DNA from: a virus
Lineage: Duplodnaviria > Caudoviricetes
Reading direction: 5' to 3' (one strand)
IMG/VR virus record: IMGVR_UViG_3300032038_000053
Coordinates: 1-64,000 of that record
Length of the DNA stretch: 64,000 nucleotides
Shown here: positions 57,622 through 64,000 of the stretch, in pieces
How positions within the stretch are numbered: the first letter of the stretch is position 1
Layout: the number at the start of each line of letters is the position of its first letter
Position numbers and translations under genes: made by a program
Notes under the pieces: generated by a model
Told to the model about the DNA's origin: nothing
The model's input: only the letters and a program-made list of their open reading frames with translations
Database searches by the model: none

Positions 57622-59907
57622 TTATTCGCCAATATTGTCCTTTGATTCATATGATGAGTTATTAAATTGCTCCCAGCAATGTTCTAATTCTTGATAAATC
57701 TGTTTATGAGAATAATCTTTGCACTTGTTATAGAATTGCTTCATAAACTTATTTCCAAGATCTGTTAATTCATCAGAATTTAATACAGAATTTTCATCAA
57801 GCTCTTTCATCTCACGTTTTCCATCAGGTGTTAACAAACCATGTTTACTTAAGAATTTATAAACTTCTTTCATTCGTTTGATTGCTTCTTTTTCGGATTC
57901 ACCGTTATTAACATGCCATTCGATTGCATCATACTTTTCAAATTGCTGATCGGAGAAGTAATTCTTTCTTGCAAATGTAATGGTTTTGATGGTGTTATCG
58001 CTATTAACCTTGACAGAGACAGACATAATCTTGGATACTAATTCACCGTTTGTTTCAGTAATATCTAATGCTTTCTTACTAATGTTATCTACCTTACCAG
58101 GGAATACAATCGATCGATCTAACTCTACTTCAATATCTTTCACAATTGTAACAGATACACATTTACCATTTTCATATTGAACAGTAAATTTTCCATAATC
58201 ATCAACATCGGTTTTACCACGTTTAGGTGATCCATATTTATCTTCCAACTTTTTTTGAACTTTGGATTGTGTATCACCAAACTTGATATCTCCAACTTTT
58301 TCGCATGGCTTTACTTCAATTTTCAAATCCTGTTCACTAATATATCTTTTTTCTCTGGATTTTTCTCCATCACCTTGATTATATGATTCATCCATCTCTT
58401 GATAATATTCTTTCAATTCGCCAGTTGTTGGATCAATGTAATATTCTTCTTCATATCCAAAATGATCATGATCTTCAGCAACAACATCTGGTTCTACCTC
58501 AATTGGATCTAATGATGTGGAAATTGTTGACACTGATGATGATCCATGTTCATAACGATTAATCAATTCATTTGCACGTACTTTGTATGCATTAATCAAT
58601 TCAGTTTTCAATGAACGCTTTTGAACTCCCTGATCAACCAACAATCTATATTTTGGATCTCCTTCATCTTTTGCAATCATTAATGCAACAACTGCTGTTG
58701 CAATATTCATTACTGTATCATCCGTATATTTCATACCGTTAATTTGTACACCGTTCTTTTCTGCTAATTTTTGTAATTCTTGTTGTTTACGAAGCTTCAT
58801 CATGAGTTCTCCGACTTTTGCAAATATCTCATCATCCATAGATGGTTTTGATGCGGGTATCTCAGCTTTGATGATTGTAACATCTTCCATGATTGTTGTA
58901 TCACCATCATCAATATCTTCATTAAATGAATTAAAGAACCATAATTTTTTTGCAATATCACGAGCATGACGAATGACAACGTGTTGTGATCTTTCAGATT
59001 CACTAATCATGTCTTGTTGTAAACGATTCATCAACTTAACTGTTTTCTTGATCAAAAAACTATTCTTCTTTTTGGAATGCTTTAATTCTTTGATATTCTG
59101 CTCAATTTGAGTAATATCATCTTCAACGATTCTTTGCATTCCTTTGTAAGAACGATTTTCATGCGATGAATGCATCACCTCATCTTCATCTTGTTTTTCG
59201 AAAAAATCATGACGCATGTTTTTCAAATCACCAAAGATACTTTCTAATTCTTCAACGACTTGTTCTTTATCCATACGATGCATCAATTCTTTATATAGAT
59301 GCTCCAAATCTTTTGCAGAATCAGCAATAGCACTATAGTACTTATTCTCTGCATCAGACGTTTTCTTGTATTCTTCTAGTTTCTTACTTGCTTGAATACG
59401 AGTTGCTGATTCTCCGTATACAGTATCTTTGTGATTATTTACACCAGGAGGATCACCAACAGATTCACCTTCGAAATCTACATCGTCATCGTCATCATCA
59501 TCTTCTTCTTTTTCATCTTCTTTTTCATCTGATTCATCTTCATCGTCGTCATCCGATTCTTCATCATCAGAATCATCATCTTTATCCTTTTCCTTATCCT
59601 TGTCTTTTTTCTTTTTGGATTTCTTTTTCTTTTTATCATCATCTTCATCGTCATCATCTTTGTCGGATTCTTTATCCAACTCTTTCTCTTCGTCTTCATA
59701 ATCTTCATCATCCACATCTACATCAACGTCTTCTATCTCAGTATCAGGACGATCATCGTCATCATATTTATCATCATACTTTTCTTTTATTTCATCATCA
59801 TCTTTTGCTTCTTGATAAAATAAAGAACCATTATAACGATTTGGTCTCTTCTTTTTCTTGCTATTTTCTTTTTCTAGCAATTCCAAAGTATCTCCGAAAT
59901 CAATCAT
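57622..59907 (-). CDS. Putative virion protein with long D/E/K-rich tract
   Basis: FYQE/A, YGE/S, IME/D, YYQE/M motifs; acidic/basic low-complexity N-terminus. Confidence 0.6.
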   Translation of the reverse strand: MIDFGDTLELLEKENSKKKKRPNRYNGSLFYQEAKDDDEIKEKYDDKYDDDDRPDTEIEDVDVDVDDEDYEDEEKELDKESDKDDDDEDDDKKKKKSKKKKDKDKEKDKDDDSDDEESDDDDEDESDEKEDEKEEDDDDDDDVDFEGESVGDPPGVNNHKDTVYGESATRIQASKKLEEYKKTSDAENKYYSAIADSAKDLEHLYKELMHRMDKEQVVEELESIFGDLKNMRHDFFEKQDEDEVMHSSHENRSYKGMQRIVEDDITQIEQNIKELKHSKKKNSFLIKKTVKLMNRLQQDMISESERSQHVVIRHARDIAKKLWFFNSFNEDIDDGDTTIMEDVTIIKAEIPASKPSMDDEIFAKVGELMMKLRKQQELQKLAEKNGVQINGMKYTDDTVMNIATAVVALMIAKDEGDPKYRLLVDQGVQKRSLKTELINAYKVRANELINRYEHGSSSVSTISTSLDPIEVEPDVVAEDHDHFGYEEEYYIDPTTGELKEYYQEMDESYNQGDGEKSREKRYISEQDLKIEVKPCEKVGDIKFGDTQSKVQKKLEDKYGSPKRGKTDVDDYGKFTVQYENGKCVSVTIVKDIEVELDRSIVFPGKVDNISKKALDITETNGELVSKIMSVSVKVNSDNTIKTITFARKNYFSDQQFEKYDAIEWHVNNGESEKEAIKRMKEVYKFLSKHGLLTPDGKREMKELDENSVLNSDELTDLGNKFMKQFYNKCKDYSHKQIYQELEHCWEQFNNSSYESKDNIGE

Positions 59908-59928
59908 TACCGACACCTCCCTAAAAAA

Positions 59929-61968
59929 TTAAGCGGAAATTAAATCTCTAGCAGCAGTAGCAACATTATGAACTGCATTAGCTGTGTTTCTAATATCTGT
60001 AGCATTACCAGCAGTTTCACCAAGACCTCTATGTTGATTCTCTAGATTACTGATTGCTTGTTGTTCAGCTGCAGCATCATTTTGTGCTTTTGCTTGTTTA
60101 TATTGATCAACATCCCGCTGATATTGTTGTGCAACATCTTCTCGATTGGTTCCCCATAATGCAGCACGCTCATCAAATTCTGCCAATAATTTCTGTTGTA
60201 ATTCTGGAGAATGACGATATTCAAATTCTAACTCACGACGTTCCTGTTGCATTCTGGCTTCTGTTAAACCTGAAGCAAAAATATCAGCAATCTTTTTAAC
60301 CCCTCTTCCGAGTAATCTAGTTAACTTATCAATTGCTTGGACACCCGAAGAAATCAATCCACAAACCTTATTTGCTTTTGTAGTCATACCCAATAACAGT
60401 TTTACATACCCTTGTGAATTCTTTAATTGTTCAGAATATTGTGATCGTTGTGTTACTTGTTCACCTTGATCGCCATATGCTTCTTCAATTTTGGCATTCA
60501 TGGTTCTATTGATCCATTGCCCAAATGGTGAATTCTTATCATCAATCGTTTTTTGCAGTCTGAATACTTGCTTCTGTAATGTTGTTAATGAATTCTTGAT
60601 ACCAACTTTTTGAACAGCTGACTGGACAAATTGCGTCATTCCTTTACCACCGGATTTGTTTAATAATGTATCTAGAGCTGCCAATTGTTCATCAATTGCT
60701 TGTCCTTCTTTCATAGCATTCTGCAAATCACCAACTGCAACAACAATTTGAATTCCTTTATTGTTGATATTCATTTGATTCTTAACTGGATTTAATTTAT
60801 CGACGTATCTTTGAATATTCAATGCTGCAACATCAACGGCAGATTCAATGGATGATTTAATTGTCAATTTCATATCATAATACATCGTCTCAATAAATTC
60901 AACCAAGTTTTTTGCATTTCTAATCCATGAAATAATGCCAAAAGGAATTTTCAATGTTTGTGCAACTTTATCGAGCAATTGAGTAGCATCACCAGAAGCA
61001 GTTGCAATTGTTTGCAATACCTGCTGTATTGTTGAAGCATCAACATTCCCTGATTTACTGGCAATGCTTGCTAATTTATCGCCAGCCGCATTTGTAGATT
61101 GTGCAACATTATTCACAACATTTTGTGCATTAGTGAGCATGGTATTCGTATTGTATTGAGCAGATGTAGCTTTATTTTCACCTTGCTGCATTAATGATGA
61201 TACAGTTTTTCCCGCAAACTTATCTGCAGCCATTTTATCAATTGCCAATTGATCAACATCTTCTTGAATCAAAGCATATTCTGTAACTTGCGTATTTTCT
61301 GCAGGAGTCTGCGTTGCTTCTGCTGATGGAGTAGCAGTAGTTGCAGGAGTCTGTGTTGCCTCTTCTGGTGGAGTATTTGAGTTATTTTCGATTTCAGAAG
61401 CAGCTTGTAACATATTTGCAACTAATGATGCAGCTTGTTCATCAGTCATTCCATCTAATGCTTCTTTAACGCCGGGAGTTTCACGTAATGTTTTATGGAA
61501 AGATTCAACACGTTGTGCTTCTACATCACCCAATAATTTATTCATCATATTTGCAATAAATTGAGCAACGGCTCTAATTGCTCGAGGAAGTAATTCTAAT
61601 ATTTTTCGAATTGCGCTTTTACTTTCCTCCGCTGTTTTAGCTTGTGCTTGTGGATTATTTGCATTCGCAACTGGTGCTGGATTTTCTCCATTTGAAGAAG
61701 TTTGATTTGTAGGATTCGCATTAGGTACATTTGCGTTAGGTACATTTGCATTAGGTACAGCGGATTGTTGTTGCTCTACAGGCTTTGATGAATTTGGATC
61801 ATTTGAAACTTCTTGTTCGAAAACAATTTGTTGTCCATGAAGATTCATATAGTATTCCATGTCTAACCGTTTATCATATAATCCAAGTAATGAAAAAATG
61901 GAACTTAGTTCTTGTTCCAATACAATATCATCAATGTTATCAAGTTTTTCCAAGATATTTATTTTCAT
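59929..61968 (-). CDS. Putative internal head protein (679 aa), helical
   Basis: LEQE, FEQE, LIQE/D motifs; VPNAN x3 repeat; amphipathic helix AIRKILELLPRAIRAVAQF. Confidence 0.6.
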   Translation of the reverse strand: MKINILEKLDNIDDIVLEQELSSIFSLLGLYDKRLDMEYYMNLHGQQIVFEQEVSNDPNSSKPVEQQQSAVPNANVPNANVPNANPTNQTSSNGENPAPVANANNPQAQAKTAEESKSAIRKILELLPRAIRAVAQFIANMMNKLLGDVEAQRVESFHKTLRETPGVKEALDGMTDEQAASLVANMLQAASEIENNSNTPPEEATQTPATTATPSAEATQTPAENTQVTEYALIQEDVDQLAIDKMAADKFAGKTVSSLMQQGENKATSAQYNTNTMLTNAQNVVNNVAQSTNAAGDKLASIASKSGNVDASTIQQVLQTIATASGDATQLLDKVAQTLKIPFGIISWIRNAKNLVEFIETMYYDMKLTIKSSIESAVDVAALNIQRYVDKLNPVKNQMNINNKGIQIVVAVGDLQNAMKEGQAIDEQLAALDTLLNKSGGKGMTQFVQSAVQKVGIKNSLTTLQKQVFRLQKTIDDKNSPFGQWINRTMNAKIEEAYGDQGEQVTQRSQYSEQLKNSQGYVKLLLGMTTKANKVCGLISSGVQAIDKLTRLLGRGVKKIADIFASGLTEARMQQERRELEFEYRHSPELQQKLLAEFDERAALWGTNREDVAQQYQRDVDQYKQAKAQNDAAAEQQAISNLENQHRGLGETAGNATDIRNTANAVHNVATAARDLISA

Positions 61969-62036
61969 AAATATAACTCCTTTCTTATAAAAAATTTAAC
62001 ATTTCGTCTGCCCGGGATATCCCGGGCAGCAATACA

Positions 62037-62339
62037 TTAAAACGGTTCCATGAATGGGAAATTAGAGAACAAATCTTTTTGGAATTCTTGTAATGTCATT
62101 TGCGTATAATTCGGAATCACAATTGATGGATCATTAAACAGTTTATCGTATTCACGATTCACAATCTTTGTTCCAATATCCAACAAGATATCCAAATTGC
62201 GGTTTACATCTGAATCGTCAATTTTAATCAGTCGACGATATGTGTTGACAAACCCAACCAATTGATGTCCGAAATGTTGCAACTCCAATTCTTCAATTCC
62301 TTCGATCTCTTGATCTTCATTATTAGAATATAAAATCAT
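62037..62339 (-). CDS. Hypothetical protein (100 aa)
   Basis: RBS GAGGTG; hairpin CTGCCCGGG-ATAT-CCCGGGCAG downstream. Confidence 0.65.
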   Translation of the reverse strand: MILYSNNEDQEIEGIEELELQHFGHQLVGFVNTYRRLIKIDDSDVNRNLDILLDIGTKIVNREYDKLFNDPSIVIPNYTQMTLQEFQKDLFSNFPFMEPF

Positions 62340-62412
62340 GATAACACCTCACTTTCTTCGAAACAATTCGACAATGTCATATCAAATATATACATACGAA
62401 GGAGAGATTATT

Positions 62413-62865
62413 ATGTTTGACATTAATGAAAATATTGATAACATCATCAAAATGATTGATAACAGAGCTTCGAATTGCTATATTGTACCGCTGTATGTAA
62501 ATATCAATCGTCACAAATATGCGTTATGGGAATTGGAAGATATTAATGAATTCTCAAATCAATCATTCAAAGTCGGATTTGGTACATCAATTGGTGTGTT
62601 TGTTAAGAAACCATTTCCAACAGAAAAACTGTTTGATTTCGACATCATATCCACACCAAAAAGATTCAATGATGATTATGCAACAGATGTTCAGTATTAC
62701 ATCTTTGAAGCGGATCAATTGACATTAACCAATCATGATGAATTGGATCAACAAGTTACATATTATACAACAAAGCTTGCACAAATGATTTCCGCATCCG
62801 TCAACGCAAAGCGTGAAGAAATGCGTAAGCAGTTGGTTCAATCCATCATGAATGATGATGAATGA
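62413..62865 (+). CDS. Hypothetical protein
   Basis: ATG after GAAGGAGAG within ORF 62338-62865. Confidence 0.7.
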   Translation: MFDINENIDNIIKMIDNRASNCYIVPLYVNINRHKYALWELEDINEFSNQSFKVGFGTSIGVFVKKPFPTEKLFDFDIISTPKRFNDDYATDVQYYIFEADQLTLTNHDELDQQVTYYTTKLAQMISASVNAKREEMRKQLVQSIMNDDE

Positions 62866-62948
62866 AAAAAAGTTTTTTTGTACATGTATATCATAATATT
62901 GACGGGGTGAAGTTATACAAGTATAAACAATAAGGAGGTAATGAGCAT

Positions 62949-63899
62949 ATGAGTAATCAATTAATGGAGTTTAAAGAGTCTTTGATCAATAGTGGGTTAT
63001 TTAAAAGAACGCCGTCGAATCCCTCACAGTACAGATGCCAAACTTGCCCATTCTGTGGCGATACAAGAGGTAAGATGTATGTGAGTATTAATTTAAGCAA
63101 TGATGATCCCGTCTTATATCATTGCTTTATCTGTAATGCTTCTGGAGTGATGAATAAAGAATTCTTGGAGTATTTTGATTTAGGTGATTCGATTATGATC
63201 CCCAAACAGTCGTATCGTAAGAAATTGGATGTGTCACAAGTATCCACAATTGTCAACCAGGTTAGTTGTAATGAACAAGATGATTTGACAAATGTATCCA
63301 GTTACATTCAATCTCGTGTTGATGTAATCCCCACATTACAGGAGTTACAAACATTCCAATATGTCGGGAATCCATTCCAGTATACCAAAGAATATTTAGA
63401 ACCAGAAATCCAATCTGATTATTATTTGAAACGAAGAGCATGGTTTAAGTTGACAAACGGGAATATGATTGGTCGTACGTATAATGACTCAGACAAGATG
63501 AGATGGCTCCGGTATCATACAAAAAATTGCACCGGAAAGGGTTTGTACACAATGAAAGAACCATTGGATTTGTATCGACCAATCAACATTCTCATTGCTG
63601 AGGGAGTCATGGATGTAATCGGTTTGTATTATCACAATCCAATTCCAAATTCTTTCCACATCGCCGTGTTAGGCAAAGAATATCAACAAGGAATCCAACA
63701 TGTATTGAATATGGGAATCTTTGGTTCTTCCATTCACATCAAAATCTTTAAAGATGCAGATGTTGATTTGAATCGTATTCGTATTCATTCCAATTTGGTT
63801 AAGTTATTCAAATCCATTGAGATTTATCAGAATGCAATTGATCATGATTATGGTGTATCTTCCGATCATGTTGAGATTGTCAAATTAAGCAAGTTGTAA
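62949..63899 (+). CDS. DNA primase (Zn-binding + TOPRIM)
   Basis: CPFCGD...HCFIC Zn finger, LIAEGVMD, FKDAD; promoter-like motif at 62886-62901. Confidence 0.85.
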   Translation: MSNQLMEFKESLINSGLFKRTPSNPSQYRCQTCPFCGDTRGKMYVSINLSNDDPVLYHCFICNASGVMNKEFLEYFDLGDSIMIPKQSYRKKLDVSQVSTIVNQVSCNEQDDLTNVSSYIQSRVDVIPTLQELQTFQYVGNPFQYTKEYLEPEIQSDYYLKRRAWFKLTNGNMIGRTYNDSDKMRWLRYHTKNCTGKGLYTMKEPLDLYRPINILIAEGVMDVIGLYYHNPIPNSFHIAVLGKEYQQGIQHVLNMGIFGSSIHIKIFKDADVDLNRIRIHSNLVKLFKSIEIYQNAIDHDYGVSSDHVEIVKLSKL

Positions 63900-64000
63900 T
63901 TTGAGTAGAATCATGAACTAGTTTAGTTAGGATTATTGTGGGGGCATATGCCCCCACATCATCCCAGCTTAGTTCATTTGATACTACACATTGTATATGT

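Noticed and set aside
57622-59907. D/E/K-rich tract as a mobile or repeat element
   Set aside because: It is in-frame low-complexity protein sequence typical of propeptides.
194-63899. Numerous short antisense or out-of-frame ORFs nested in long genes (e.g. 16990-17616, 59388-59924, 12963-13343)
   Set aside because: Shadow ORFs of strongly supported genes, especially over low-complexity tracts; no RBS or motifs.
1-64000. Alternative genetic code (stop-codon reassignment)
   Set aside because: Core genes are full length under code 11, TAA and TGA both serve as stops, and no suppressor tRNA is present.

Overview
This is a 64-kb, AT-rich, gene-dense segment of a phiKZ/AR9(PBS1)-type jumbo phage. 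Strong AGGAGG ribosome-binding sites suggest a Firmicutes host, and the long ORFs fit standard code 11. Core functions present: the large beta fragment of the virion RNA polymerase, the beta' N-terminal subunit and an AR9 gp226-like specificity subunit of the non-virion RNA polymerase, the C-terminal half of a split family-B DNA polymerase, a putative SSB, NAD-dependent ligase, SbcD/Mre11, RecA-like protein, primase, and two blocks of virion genes. An RNA-rich accessory island lies at about 39.5-47.7 kb. It contains seven tRNAs; a solo Cas7/RAMP-like gene followed directly by an ~800-nt array with 5-nt periodicity that breaks into ~20 units of mostly 5n+1 length (best candidate for an unusual RNA-guided system); a Ro60/TROVE gene with five Y-RNA-like elements sharing a conserved internal loop; further structured ncRNA candidates; and a tRNA-Pro split by an HNH endonuclease cassette that carries its own replacement tRNA-Pro. 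Virion proteins carry recurrent hydrophobic-x-QE/[AGS] motifs, and in one 1466-aa protein these fall at the boundaries between putative effector domains. All family assignments are by eye from motifs; no database searches or folding programs were run.
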